DNA of 62,620 nucleotides from Desulfuromonas sp. (GCA_002868925.1 PKTZ01000109.1:1-62620), one strand, 5' to 3'; shown: positions 1 through 9,471, numbered from the stretch's first letter. The notes: generated by a model from the letters alone, not told the origin. Program-made: numbers and translations.

Positions 1-719
1 TAAAATGCGAGTGTTACAGTCACACCACCGGTCGACTCGCCATCATCACCGATCGCCAGTTCTGCTTCATCACTGATCGCATCAGAATAGATGCCATATG
101 CGTCGACACTGATCTGGTCGGTTACGGCATAGCTCAAACCGGCGTTCAGTTCATAATTGTGAAATTCGCTGTATACGCCGACAAAGGGGCTCTCATCATT
201 GTAAGAAACCAGGGCGCCGAGCGAAAGACCGAGTTTTTCCATCAGTTCAATATCATGACCGAAGGACAACGTATAGAACAGACCGTCAAGATCAGCATCG
301 TTTGCTGCATCCCAATCATAATAAATGGTCAGTGCAGGGGCTGAGATCACATCGGCAGCCACACCGAGATAAAGTTCATGGGTATTCCCCGGAACGTTAA
401 AGTTATAGTAGATGTCGCCGACGCTCACCGAAAGAATTTCTGCAACATCAAAAGTGTAATCGAGTACGACATCAGTTTCGGTAATTTCATCATTACCAGC
501 ACCTGAGAGCTGAGTATTGGTCCAGTAGCTGAACGTAAACCCTTTTGCGCTAAGATCTGTACCCATCTGCAGAACAGGCTGGGAAGCACTCAGATTGAAA
601 CCGCGCCACATGTACTTGTCGGCAACACCGGCGTAAGCATCACCTTCAACTTCGATTGCTGCGAATGCGGGGGTGGCAAGCATTGCCAGGCCGACCAGGG
701 CCAGAACTAACTTATTCAT
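1..719 (-). CDS. Putative outer-membrane beta-barrel/porin protein (3' end cut by window edge)
   Basis: Minus-strand ORF absent from the supplied track because its stop codon is cut by the window edge (reading frame ends ...GVTVTLAF + TA). ATG at 719 is preceded by GGAGAA. The N-terminus MNKLVLALVGLAMLATPAFAAIEVEGDAYAGVADKYMWRGFNLS is a cleavable signal peptide followed by Y/G/D-rich beta-strand-like sequence. Position next to amtB is typical of small proteobacterial porin-like proteins. Confidence 0.55.
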   Translation of the reverse strand, partial: MNKLVLALVGLAMLATPAFAAIEVEGDAYAGVADKYMWRGFNLSASQPVLQMGTDLSAKGFTFSYWTNTQLSGAGNDEITETDVVLDYTFDVAEILSVSVGDIYYNFNVPGNTHELYLGVAADVISAPALTIYYDWDAANDADLDGLFYTLSFGHDIELMEKLGLSLGALVSYNDESPFVGVYSEFHNYELNAGLSYAVTDQISVDAYGIYSDAISDEAELAIGDDGESTGGVTVTLAF

Positions 720-755
720 CGTTGTTTCTCCTTAGAATAATGGAATTGAATAAAT

Positions 756-781
756 CCGGCGGGGCCACCCGGCCCCGCCGG
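756..781 (-). terminator. Hairpin terminator downstream of amtB
   Basis: CCGGCGGGGCC-ACCC-GGCCCCGCCGG, a perfect 11-bp GC stem 22 nt after the amtB stop. A moderately T-rich tail follows on the minus strand. Confidence 0.55.
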
Positions 782-802
782 TGTACAGGGTGATTTTATC
801 TA

Positions 803-2182
803 TCAGCTCTGGCTAACCGGTTTAGTCGATGCTGCCATTGAAGCTGCAGCAGCAGCCTTAGCACCGACACCGGTCCCACCAATATGGATTGACTGGAAGT
901 CAGGATAAGCTTCCATCCCGATCTCGCTCATGTCACATCCGATCATCTCTTCTTCTTCACTGACCCGGATGCCAACGGTGTACTTCAGTACCAGCCAGGC
1001 GATCGAGGTGGTTACTACAACGAAGACGCCGGTTGCCACGACACCGATCAACTGAACCTTGAAGCTGGCACCGCTATCGGTGATCGGAACTGCCATGGTT
1101 CCCCAGATACCGCAGACGAGATGGACCGACAGGGCACCGACAACATCATCGATCTTAAGCTTGTCGAAGAACGGAACAGCCAGGACAACCAGAACACCGC
1201 CGACGGCACCGATCAGGGCAGCAGCACCGAGGGACGGGGTCGCCGGACCGGCCGTGATCGAAACCAGACCAGCCAGGGCGCCGTTGAGGCCCATGGTGAC
1301 GTCAACCTTCTTGTAGAGAACCTGAACCATGATCATGGCAGCGATCATACCGCCGCAGGCAGCCATGTTGGTGTTGACCATAACGTTCGACATTTCGATA
1401 GCCGAAGCGGCATCGCCCAGAGCGAGAACCGAACCGCCATTAAATCCGTACCAACCCATCCAAAGGATGAAGGTACCGAGGGTTGCCAGCGGAATATTGG
1501 AACCCGGCATCGGGTTGACGCGACCGTCTTTACCGTACTTGCCTTTACGGGAGCCGAGGATAATGGCACCGGTCAGAGCAGCCCAGCCACCGACCGAGTG
1601 AACGATCGTCGAACCGGCGTAGTCAGAAAAACCCATTTCAGAGAGCCATCCGCCACCCCATCCCCAGGAACCCTGGATCGGGTAGATAAATCCACACAAG
1701 ACAACGCAAAATGCGAGAAACGACCAGAGTTTGATCCGTTCGGCAACACAACCGGAAACAACGGAACATGCGGCGCCGCAGAAGACCATCTGGAAGAACC
1801 AGTCGGAAGCTGCAGAGTAACCACCGGAATAGTCACCGGCGAGGGCGGCGGCGTCGTCAGCGGCCCAGAGCCCGAAACCACCCATGTAGCCGCCGTCAAC
1901 CCCGGCGTACATCAGGTTGTAACCGACAACGTAGAAGAGGATGCCGGCGATACCGAAGAGCGAGATGTTCTTCAGGCAGATCGTGGCGACGTTCTTGGAG
2001 CGAACCAGGCCCGACTCGAGCATGCCGAAGCCGGCGGCCATCCACATAACCAGGATGCCCATAATCAGGAATGAGAAGGTGTTCAGTACGTAGGAAAGTT
2101 CCGATACCGGAGCGTCTTCAGCCAGTGCAAGGGCCGGGACGACCAGCAGTCCACAAGTAATCAGTGCGATAAGCTTTTTCAT
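803..2182 (-). CDS. amtB: Ammonium transporter (Amt family)
   Basis: 459-aa polytopic membrane protein with an N-terminal signal sequence and typical Amt blocks (FQMVFCGAA..., STIVHSVGGWAAL, LHLVCGIWG). Lies directly downstream of a P-II gene. GGGAGG SD upstream of the ATG. Confidence 0.95.
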   Translation of the reverse strand: MKKLIALITCGLLVVPALALAEDAPVSELSYVLNTFSFLIMGILVMWMAAGFGMLESGLVRSKNVATICLKNISLFGIAGILFYVVGYNLMYAGVDGGYMGGFGLWAADDAAALAGDYSGGYSAASDWFFQMVFCGAACSVVSGCVAERIKLWSFLAFCVVLCGFIYPIQGSWGWGGGWLSEMGFSDYAGSTIVHSVGGWAALTGAIILGSRKGKYGKDGRVNPMPGSNIPLATLGTFILWMGWYGFNGGSVLALGDAASAIEMSNVMVNTNMAACGGMIAAMIMVQVLYKKVDVTMGLNGALAGLVSITAGPATPSLGAAALIGAVGGVLVVLAVPFFDKLKIDDVVGALSVHLVCGIWGTMAVPITDSGASFKVQLIGVVATGVFVVVTTSIAWLVLKYTVGIRVSEEEEMIGCDMSEIGMEAYPDFQSIHIGGTGVGAKAAAAASMAASTKPVSQS

Positions 2183-2217
2183 TTGTTCAATCCTCCCTAT
2201 TTTTGGATAGGTTTTGT

Positions 2218-2628
<411 letters not shown>

Positions 2629-2729
2629 TTAATCGACTGCGGTAACGTCTTTGTTCCCGAACTGTCGTTATGTGTTGAATCACTTGCTGGTCGGCGTCAT
2701 CGCCTGAACAACAATCGCGATTCAATTAA

Positions 2730-2745
2730 GCATATGCTGTGCCAA
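2730..2745 (-). promoter_or_regulatory. Candidate sigma-54 (-24/-12) promoter for glnK-amtB
   Basis: Minus strand TTGGCACAGCATATGC compared with the consensus TGGCAC-N5-TTGC. GG and GC are correctly spaced and the site sits upstream of nitrogen-regulated genes. Confidence 0.55.
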
Positions 2746-2831
2746 CTTTGTAAACATCAGGATTTTCGACTATTTCAAAAACGCATTCCAATTTTCTGCC
2801 TAAAAAAGATACAGGTTAAAAAAAGGACTGC

Positions 2832-4436
2832 TCAACTCGAGGGCAGCTGCTTAACCGGTAGTTTCAACCGAAATGTCGCTCCCGGTTCGAAATTATCATC
2901 GAGTTCGATGCTGCCGCAATGCTCTTCCAGGATGTTGCGGCAGATATAAAGGCCGAGCCCGGTGCCGACTCCTTCCTTCTTGGTCGAATAGAACGGCTCG
3001 AAAATCGAGTCCCGGATCTCTTCGGGCACACCTTCACCCTCATCGGCTATGATAATCTCGACCTGCTCTTCGTCCGGCATCCGGGTCTGAACGCGAACAG
3101 AACCTCCAGCCGGCATGGCGTGGACCGCGTTGAGCAAGAGGTTGATCAAAACCTGTTTCAACTTGTTCGGATCGGCCTTAACCGGGTTCAACTCTGCAAG
3201 GTCGAGGTCGAACTGGATCGAATTCTTCTCCAGTTCATATTTAATCAGCTTCAACACATCGTTGATGACCTTGTTGAGATCTACCTTCTGCCAGCGGGTC
3301 CCCTTACCCCGCGAGAAAGAGAGTAGTCCGCCGGTCAGAGTTTTCATCCGCTCCGCCTCGGTACCGACCCGCTCCAGCATCTCCTGCATGAAGGAATCGA
3401 CGTCCTCGCGCAACATCAACTCCGTGGCATAGATAATGACACCGAGCGGATTATTGATCTCGTGCGCCAGCGCGGCCGAGAGACGGCCGACCTCGGCCAG
3501 CTTTTCACTGTGAATGGTCTGATCGAGCAGGTTCTTGAACTCGGTAATATCCTCGACGATAACAACAACACCGCTGACGTCGTCACCATCCTTGAGCGGC
3601 GCCAGTCGCCTCTTCTGGAAACGGAGCTCCCCTTTCAGGGTCCGTTGTACCAGTTCAAGCTTCTCCGACTTGCCACTTTCAAGGACATTGAGCAAACGGG
3701 GGAGCACACCTTCGGCATCGAGCGCCGGGAATAATTCGGGAAGATTACTGCCGATCGCCTCCTGTTGCGTGATCCCGCTCATCTCGCTCATCCGTCGATT
3801 CCAGGAGGTAATCTTCAAATCGGTATCGATCGCATAAATACCGAGGTCGGTACTTTCGAGAATCCGGTAATTGAGCTGGTGCAGTTCACGGTTCTCTTCG
3901 GAAACATCCTTCAGACTCCGGTACAAACGAGCGTTATCGATAGCTATCGCCGCCTGTCCGGCCAGAGTCATCAACGGCTCGATATCGTTTTTATCGAACG
4001 CACCGGGCTGGGTACTCTCAACATTGATGACACCGATCACCTTGTTGCGGGCAACCAAGGGAACAGCCAGTTCGCAACGGGCCCCCATGATCCCCGGGAC
4101 ATAATCGGCTTCCTTCTCGATATCATCGACCAGAACCGGGGCACCACGCAGCGCAGCACGCCCCATAACCCCCTGTCCCAGTGTTATCTCCTGGCTGACC
4201 GCCTCATCGTCATATCCGTAGGAAGCAACCGCTTCGAGCACGCCGCGATTCATATCGACCAGCCGGATCAGTGCATTGTCGAAATGAAAAACCTTCTGCG
4301 ACGCAGTGAGGACACGATCGAGCAGGAGATCGAGATCAAGGGTCGAGGCCAGGTCCTGGCCGATCGATAACAACGCCTCGCAGAATTCTTCCCGGCCCTT
4401 TTTGGGCATATTTTTCACAATCTCAGCAGCTGACAT
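2832..4436 (-). CDS. Sensor histidine kinase (GAF-PAS-HisKA-HATPase_c), cytoplasmic
   Basis: 534 aa. N-terminal GAF-like region, central PAS (ESTDLGIYAIDTDLKITSWNRRMSEMSG), H-box LAHEINNPLG, and G-boxes DEGEGV and GTGLGL. No transmembrane segment is obvious. Confidence 0.85.
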   Translation of the reverse strand: MSAAEIVKNMPKKGREEFCEALLSIGQDLASTLDLDLLLDRVLTASQKVFHFDNALIRLVDMNRGVLEAVASYGYDDEAVSQEITLGQGVMGRAALRGAPVLVDDIEKEADYVPGIMGARCELAVPLVARNKVIGVINVESTQPGAFDKNDIEPLMTLAGQAAIAIDNARLYRSLKDVSEENRELHQLNYRILESTDLGIYAIDTDLKITSWNRRMSEMSGITQQEAIGSNLPELFPALDAEGVLPRLLNVLESGKSEKLELVQRTLKGELRFQKRRLAPLKDGDDVSGVVVIVEDITEFKNLLDQTIHSEKLAEVGRLSAALAHEINNPLGVIIYATELMLREDVDSFMQEMLERVGTEAERMKTLTGGLLSFSRGKGTRWQKVDLNKVINDVLKLIKYELEKNSIQFDLDLAELNPVKADPNKLKQVLINLLLNAVHAMPAGGSVRVQTRMPDEEQVEIIIADEGEGVPEEIRDSIFEPFYSTKKEGVGTGLGLYICRNILEEHCGSIELDDNFEPGATFRLKLPVKQLPSS

Positions 4437-4691
4437 TCCCTATTGCCCTTTTTTTGATCAAATTCGTTAATCGTGCTGGCAAAAAAATCTTCACAACTGC
4501 GAGTAATAATTGACAAACAAACACTTAATAAACCCCGGTACCACAACTTAAGCTATTGAAAATAAATAGATTTCAAAAGGACGAATGTTCCACACTCAAT
4601 AACTACCCTCCCCGAAAAGACCACCGTCCACTTAGACTATGTTTTCAATAGTGCATTAAAGGTGCCGAGTCGTTATGCACAATTAATTTCC

Positions 4692-4720
4692 TTGTCAGGG
4701 TCGGTCTATTTTCCTATACT
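4692..4720 (+). promoter_or_regulatory. Sigma-70 type promoter of the downstream sRNA
   Basis: TTGTCA (4692-4697), 17-nt spacer, TATACT (4715-4720). Confidence 0.6.
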
Positions 4721-4727
4721 GACACAA

Positions 4728-4918
4728 AGTCAGAGTTGCTCTCTGCCCTGTCCGTGAGGTTGCAACGCCCACGCGGAATAGTTTCAAATCGGGACGACTT
4801 CAGGAGCGTGGTGAGCAGGCCCGCCGGGCAGTGGGAAGCCTGAAGCGCTTACAAGTTGACCCACCTTATTGGCCGTCGACGTGAGGCCACGGACCCACGG
4901 CAGGATGGAGAGCTCGAT
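4728..4918 (+). ncRNA. ssrS: Candidate 6S RNA (SsrS-like)
   Basis: About 190 nt between a near-consensus promoter and a terminator, with no ORF. The 5' end GCTCTCTGCCCTGTCCGTG pairs with the 3' end CACGGCAGGATGGAGAGC to give a long interrupted closing stem. The apical segment GGTGAGCAGGCCCGCCGGGCAGTGGGAAGCCTGAAG resembles the E. coli 6S segment GGUGAGCAUGCUCGGUCCGUCCGAGAAGCCUUAA, which I recalled from memory. Confidence 0.55.
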
Positions 4919-4920
4919 AG

Positions 4921-4956
4921 CAAGGCGCCGGTTCGGTCGGCGCCTTGATGTTTTTT
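4921..4956 (+). terminator. Intrinsic terminator of the sRNA
   Basis: CAAGGCGCCG-GTTCGGT-CGGCGCCTTG followed by ATGTTTTTT. Confidence 0.8.
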
Positions 4957-4993
4957 AGCGGCCATATAAATTCACTTACCCGCAAGATATATT

Positions 4994-6160
4994 ATGACCT
5001 CTTCAGATATCCATCGCGTTCAGATTGACGATAAAGAAATCCTGTTGGTCGGAACCGCCCATGTTTCGCAGGAATCGATCGACACCGTCCGCCAGGTGAT
5101 CATCGACGAAGCGCCCGACACCGTCTGCGTTGAACTTGACAGCCAGCGCCTGCAGGCGCTTCAGGACAAGAATCACTGGGAGTCGCTCAACATCTTCCAG
5201 GTCGTCCGCAAAGGTCAAGCCGCCTTCCTGCTCGCCAATCTTGCCCTTGCCTCCTTTCAGAAGCGGATGGGTCTGCAGACCGGGGTCCGGCCCGGGGCCG
5301 AACTGGCCGCCGCGGTCGAGTGCGCCAAAGAGCATGAAGCACAGGTCGAGCTGGTCGACCGCAACATCCGGACCACCCTGTTACGGGCCTGGCGTAAGAC
5401 CGGTTTCTGGAAAAAGATGCATCTTCTGGCCGTACTGTTTGCCAGTATGTTCGAATCACATAAGGTCGATGAAGAGGAGTTGGCCCGGCTGCGCGAAACC
5501 GACACCCTGTCGGCGATGCTGGAGGAGATGGGAGAGATGCTCCCCTCGGTCAAGACGATCCTGGTCGATGAGCGCGACACCTACATGTCCCACTTTATCG
5601 GCAAGGCCGATGGTAAAAAGATCGTCGCCATCGTCGGTGCTGCTCACCTGCCGGGCATTCTAAAGAAATTAAAAAATGAGAGCTCCGCCGATGAGATCGC
5701 CGAGATCTCGACGATTCCGGAGAAACCGTTCATCTCGAAAATCATCCCGTGGCTGATCCCGGGAGTCGTAGTCGCCCTGTTTATCGCCGGCTTCTTCCTC
5801 GGTGACCGGGACCGCTTTACCGAAGCGGCGATCGCCTGGATCCTGGCCAACGGCATCCTCTCGGCGATCGGGACCATTCTCGCCCTCGGCCACCCGCTCA
5901 CCGTCGTGACCGCCTTTATCGCCGCCCCGATCACCTCGCTCAACCCGACCATCGGTGCCGGCATGGTCACCGCCCTGGTTCAGGCTTTCATTGCGGCTCC
6001 GACCGTCGGTGATCTGGAGAAGGTCGGAGATGATCTGGCAATCGTTAGCGGATGGTGGAAGAACCGGACGACCCGGGTTTTATTGGTATTCTTCTTCTCT
6101 TCGATCGGGTCGGCGATTGGGACCTTCGTTGCGTTTGGTTGGTTGAAGGATATTCTTTAG
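4994..6160 (+). CDS. TraB/PrgY-family protein with C-terminal membrane domain
   Basis: 388 aa. The N-terminal block ILLVGTAHVSQESIDTV is typical of the TraB family, and the C-terminal third is hydrophobic. Confidence 0.75.
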   Translation: MTSSDIHRVQIDDKEILLVGTAHVSQESIDTVRQVIIDEAPDTVCVELDSQRLQALQDKNHWESLNIFQVVRKGQAAFLLANLALASFQKRMGLQTGVRPGAELAAAVECAKEHEAQVELVDRNIRTTLLRAWRKTGFWKKMHLLAVLFASMFESHKVDEEELARLRETDTLSAMLEEMGEMLPSVKTILVDERDTYMSHFIGKADGKKIVAIVGAAHLPGILKKLKNESSADEIAEISTIPEKPFISKIIPWLIPGVVVALFIAGFFLGDRDRFTEAAIAWILANGILSAIGTILALGHPLTVVTAFIAAPITSLNPTIGAGMVTALVQAFIAAPTVGDLEKVGDDLAIVSGWWKNRTTRVLLVFFFSSIGSAIGTFVAFGWLKDIL

Positions 6161-6216
6161 ATTTCCGTTTGCATTGTTGTAGCTTTCCTACTTATTAAAT
6201 CAATTTACAATCAAAA

Positions 6217-6716
6217 CCGTCGGGTCCCGGCCCGACAACCGGCGTCATTTTCTTTGTCAGCGTGACAAAGAAAACGAAACAAAAGAAAGAACGCGCCTGG
6301 CGGCGGGCACTGCATTCGCGGTCGCTGCTGCCGCTTTTCACAGTAGCTGCCAGTCTCGATAGGTTTCGTCGCTGTGGCTCTCAAGCCAGTGGCGAGCTGC
6401 TATAATCAACAACGCCGATGCTTCCGGCGATGGTGTTTTGCTTTTCCCTAATAGCTCTTAAGGTGCAAGCGTGTCAGCCTTCCTCCTCAAATGTAGGCTG
6501 ATCTCGAAAACTACGAAGACGGGCTGTGATCGCCTCGAGGCGATCTCCAAACGACTGTCGTTCAAAAGTGGACAACCTGACCGCACAGAAAAGCCCCCCG
6601 CAGGGGAGCCGCTTCTTTGGTTCGTTTCGCTTCGGGGACACTTCCCGAAGTTCAGGGAAGTGTCCCCATTCGACAACCCGGAGTGTGGGGCCGGGTCCCC
6701 ACGACTTTATCTTTCC
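6217..6716. mobile_element. MITE-like repeat, copy A
   Basis: Imperfect terminal inverted repeats GTCGGGTCCCGGCCCGACA (left) and TGTGGGGCCGGGTCCCCACGAC (right). Internal hairpins TTTTCTTTGTCA-GCG-TGACAAAGAAAA, GATCGCCTCGAGGCGATC and GGGGACACTTCCC-N8-GGGAAGTGTCCCC. Flanked by a perfect 10-bp direct repeat ACAATCAAAA (6207-6216 and 6717-6726). Two more copies lie at 38.3-39.3 kb. Confidence 0.65.
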
Positions 6717-6820
6717 ACAATCAAAAAAAGAACCAACTCTTGCCGCCCCTGAAAATTTCTGCAATAGTAATAGACAGTTAACAACACCTTTCTCCAATCA
6801 CAACGGAACGAAGCCCCGAA

Positions 6821-7597
6821 ATGAACGAAGTTCAATGGCAATGGCGCATGATGCGCTGGAAACGCAACTGGCAGTCTTTCTGGCGCGGCAACCCGATCGA
6901 AGGGTTCTCCTTCACCCGGGGCCTGATTATCGTCAATATCGTACTTTTCGTTGCCATGGTCCTGCAGGGGGTACTGGCCGGTTACGGTATGTCGGTGCTG
7001 CTTTCCCCCGATCCCTACCTGCTGCTGCATGTAGGTGCCCAGTACTGGCCGCTGGTGATCTCTGAAAACGAGTGGTGGCGCTGCATCACCTACGCCTACA
7101 CCCACGGCGGAGCGATCCATCTCGCTTTCAACATGGTCGTTCTCTACCAGATCGGGCCACTGATCGAAAATGAGATCGGCCCTGCCCGTTTCTTTGTCCT
7201 CTACACCCTAGCGGCACTGGTCGCCACGACCGCCGGATATTTCTGGCACCCGCTCGCCCCGGTCGTCGGAGCTTCCGGTTCCCTGTTCGGCCTGATCGGG
7301 TTCGCCATCGCCTACTATCACCGGGTCGGTCCAGCCGCCCATGAACTGCGCAACCTGATGTTCCGCTGGGCGATCATCGCCCTGCTGTTCGGCCTGATGG
7401 TCGGCGCCGACAACGCGGCCCATCTCGGCGGACTCAGCTGTGGGGTCGTTGTCGGCTGGTTCCTTCCACTCGGCGTCCGTGGCCGACAAAAATTGGTTCC
7501 GCTGTTCAACCTTCTGGCCGGCCTGACGCTAGCCGCCACCGTAATCAGCATCCTGATCCTGATCGTCAGCTGGTTCCTCGCGGTACGGGGGCTATAA
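6821..7597 (+). CDS. Rhomboid-family intramembrane serine protease
   Basis: 258 aa, polytopic. Catalytic GASGSLFGL (GxSG) and downstream AAHLGGL His motif. Confidence 0.85.
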   Translation: MNEVQWQWRMMRWKRNWQSFWRGNPIEGFSFTRGLIIVNIVLFVAMVLQGVLAGYGMSVLLSPDPYLLLHVGAQYWPLVISENEWWRCITYAYTHGGAIHLAFNMVVLYQIGPLIENEIGPARFFVLYTLAALVATTAGYFWHPLAPVVGASGSLFGLIGFAIAYYHRVGPAAHELRNLMFRWAIIALLFGLMVGADNAAHLGGLSCGVVVGWFLPLGVRGRQKLVPLFNLLAGLTLAATVISILILIVSWFLAVRGL

Positions 7598-7598
7598 G

Positions 7599-8090
7599 AT
7601 GGCGAAAGAGAAGATACCGGTCACACCGGCAATCCGCATACTACGCCAGCACAAGATCGAATTCGGACCACACCTCTACAATTATGAAGAGAAGGGAGGG
7701 ACGGCAGTCTCTGCCCGTGAACTCGGCATCGAGGAACATATTGTCATCAAGACTTTGGTCATGGAAGATGAGAACAAGTCGCCCCTGATCATCCTGATGC
7801 ACGGCGACTGCGAGGTTTCGACCAAGAACCTAGCCCGCGCCATCGGCTGCAAACAGGTCCAGCCCTGCGACCCGAAAACGGCACAGAAGCAGACCGGGTA
7901 CCAGGTCGGCGGCACCTCCCCGTTCGGCACCCGCAACAAACTTCCGATCTGCGCCGAAGCAAGTATATTCGATCTCGAGCGGGTCTACATCAACGGTGGT
8001 CGACGCGGCCTGCTGGTCGATATCGTTCCGGCCGACCTTGAAAAAATATTGCCAGTACAACGCGTCAACGCAGCGATCAACCGCCAATAA
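7599..8090 (+). CDS. ybaK: Cys-tRNA(Pro)/Cys-tRNA(Cys) deacylase YbaK
   Basis: 163 aa. YbaK/EbsC-type sequence including TPAIRILRQHKIEF..., KTLVMEDE and GYQVGGTSPFG. Confidence 0.8.
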   Translation: MAKEKIPVTPAIRILRQHKIEFGPHLYNYEEKGGTAVSARELGIEEHIVIKTLVMEDENKSPLIILMHGDCEVSTKNLARAIGCKQVQPCDPKTAQKQTGYQVGGTSPFGTRNKLPICAEASIFDLERVYINGGRRGLLVDIVPADLEKILPVQRVNAAINRQ

Positions 8091-8113
8091 TCCTTACCCG
8101 GAGGAGAGCAGCG

Positions 8114-8935
8114 ATGGACAAAGCCGTTTTGCAACAAGCAGCCGATAAAATCCGCACGGCGCGGGCTTTGGTTATTACCAGCGGCGCCGGCATGGGGGTC
8201 GATTCCGGCCTTCCCGATTTCCGCGGCGACCAGGGTTTCTGGAATGCCTACCCGATGTACGAGCGGCTCGGCATCAACTTCATCGGCGCCGCCAACCCGG
8301 TCCACTTCAACAACGACCCGGAATTCGGCTGGGGATTCTACGGACACCGTACCAATCTCTATCGCGAGACTGACCCGCACGACGGGTTCTACATGCTGCA
8401 GGACTGGGCAGCCGACTACGATCTCGACAGCTTCGTTGTTACCTCCAACGTCGACGGACAGTTCCAAAAGGCCGGATTCTACGAGGACCAGATCCTCGAG
8501 GTGCACGGCTCGATCCACCACCTGCAATGCCTCTCCCCCTGCCACAACGACATCTGGAACAACAACGAAACCATCCCGATCGATTTCGAAACCATGCGCG
8601 CCGAGCACATCCCGCTCTGTCCGCGCTGTCACGGCACCGCCCGTCCCAACATCCTGATGTTCGGCGACTTCTCCTGGCTATCAAACCGTACCCACAACCA
8701 GGAGATGCGCTTCGACCTCTTTATCGATCAGCACCGCAACTCTCCCCTGGTCGTAATCGAGATGGGAGCCGGAACCGCCATCCCGACCATCCGCCACATC
8801 AGTGAACAGATCGGCAGCCTGCCGGAGGCCACGGTCATCCGGATAAACCCGCGCGAGGCGCACATCCGGGGCGGACATATTTCACTTTCCTGCGGAGCGC
8901 TCGAGGGGCTGCAGGCCATTGCCGACAACTTCTAA
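8114..8935 (+). CDS. SIR2-family NAD-dependent protein deacylase
   Basis: 273 aa. Rossmann/NAD motif TSGAGMGVDSGLPDFRG and a Zn-ribbon-like pair of Cys motifs (CLSPCH ... CPRCHG). Confidence 0.8.
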   Translation: MDKAVLQQAADKIRTARALVITSGAGMGVDSGLPDFRGDQGFWNAYPMYERLGINFIGAANPVHFNNDPEFGWGFYGHRTNLYRETDPHDGFYMLQDWAADYDLDSFVVTSNVDGQFQKAGFYEDQILEVHGSIHHLQCLSPCHNDIWNNNETIPIDFETMRAEHIPLCPRCHGTARPNILMFGDFSWLSNRTHNQEMRFDLFIDQHRNSPLVVIEMGAGTAIPTIRHISEQIGSLPEATVIRINPREAHIRGGHISLSCGALEGLQAIADNF

Positions 8936-9029
8936 ATGGTCGACAGAAGCAAACCTTTACAAGGTACGGTCAACGAAGGTAATATTTAGCGTCAACTAAC
9001 CAGGAACCGAAACTTCGCGACAATAAATT

Positions 9030-9413
9030 ATGGCGTACGCAGTAATGAAAAAATATGGCTGCTCCCTCTTCAGCGGCGGTTTCGAATGGAACGGGAAGAT
9101 CCTCAAGCCATACGGCAAGTCGAACAACGATGGTTGGGAATTCAACGGTTCCTATCTCAAACCGTACGGCCAGTCGGTCAGCAAAGGGTTTGAATGGAAT
9201 GGTAAGGTACTCAAACCGCACGGCCGCTCGACCTTCTCCGGCTACGACTGCTCCGGGTCGGTGATCAAACCTTACGGCAAAGCCAATGAAAAAGGTTGGG
9301 AAGTCAGGAACAACCGTTGCCAACCCTTCGGCAAATCGATCAACGAAGGCTGGGAACTGCAGGGGGAAATGCCGTTACCGCTGATCGCCCTGATCGTCTT
9401 CGACCTCGCCTGA
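9030..9413 (+). CDS. Hypothetical protein made of about six tandem 18-aa repeats
   Basis: 127 aa. Repeat G[WFY]E[WF]NG..LKP[YH]G.S..., for example GFEWNGKILKPYGKSNND, GWEFNGSYLKPYGQSVSK and GFEWNGKVLKPHGRSTFS. Hydrophobic C-terminal tail. Confidence 0.5.
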   Translation: MAYAVMKKYGCSLFSGGFEWNGKILKPYGKSNNDGWEFNGSYLKPYGQSVSKGFEWNGKVLKPHGRSTFSGYDCSGSVIKPYGKANEKGWEVRNNRCQPFGKSINEGWELQGEMPLPLIALIVFDLA

Positions 9414-9435
9414 ATCGCCTGATCAAATGGATGCA

Positions 9436-9471
9436 ACAAAAAAAAGCCTCCCGTTTCCGGGAGGCTTTTTA
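9436..9471. terminator. Bidirectional intrinsic terminator
   Basis: A-run, GCCTCCCG-TTTC-CGGGAGGC, T-run, located between convergent genes. Confidence 0.8.

Noticed and set aside
1121-2074. 317-aa plus-strand ORF (and several shorter ones) overlapping amtB
   Set aside because: It is antisense to a confidently identified Amt transporter. The translation is Arg/Gly/Asp-rich and low in complexity, typical of shadow ORFs in high-GC DNA. No SD or family resemblance.
6458-7120. ORFs of 72-179 aa on both strands across the 6.2-6.7 kb repeat (e.g. 6474..6797, 6526..7065, 6707..7120)
   Set aside because: They traverse hairpin-rich repeat DNA. They are mutually overlapping on both strands. Their sequence is conserved between repeat copies only where the DNA repeat is conserved, so they are treated as non-coding MITE-like sequence.
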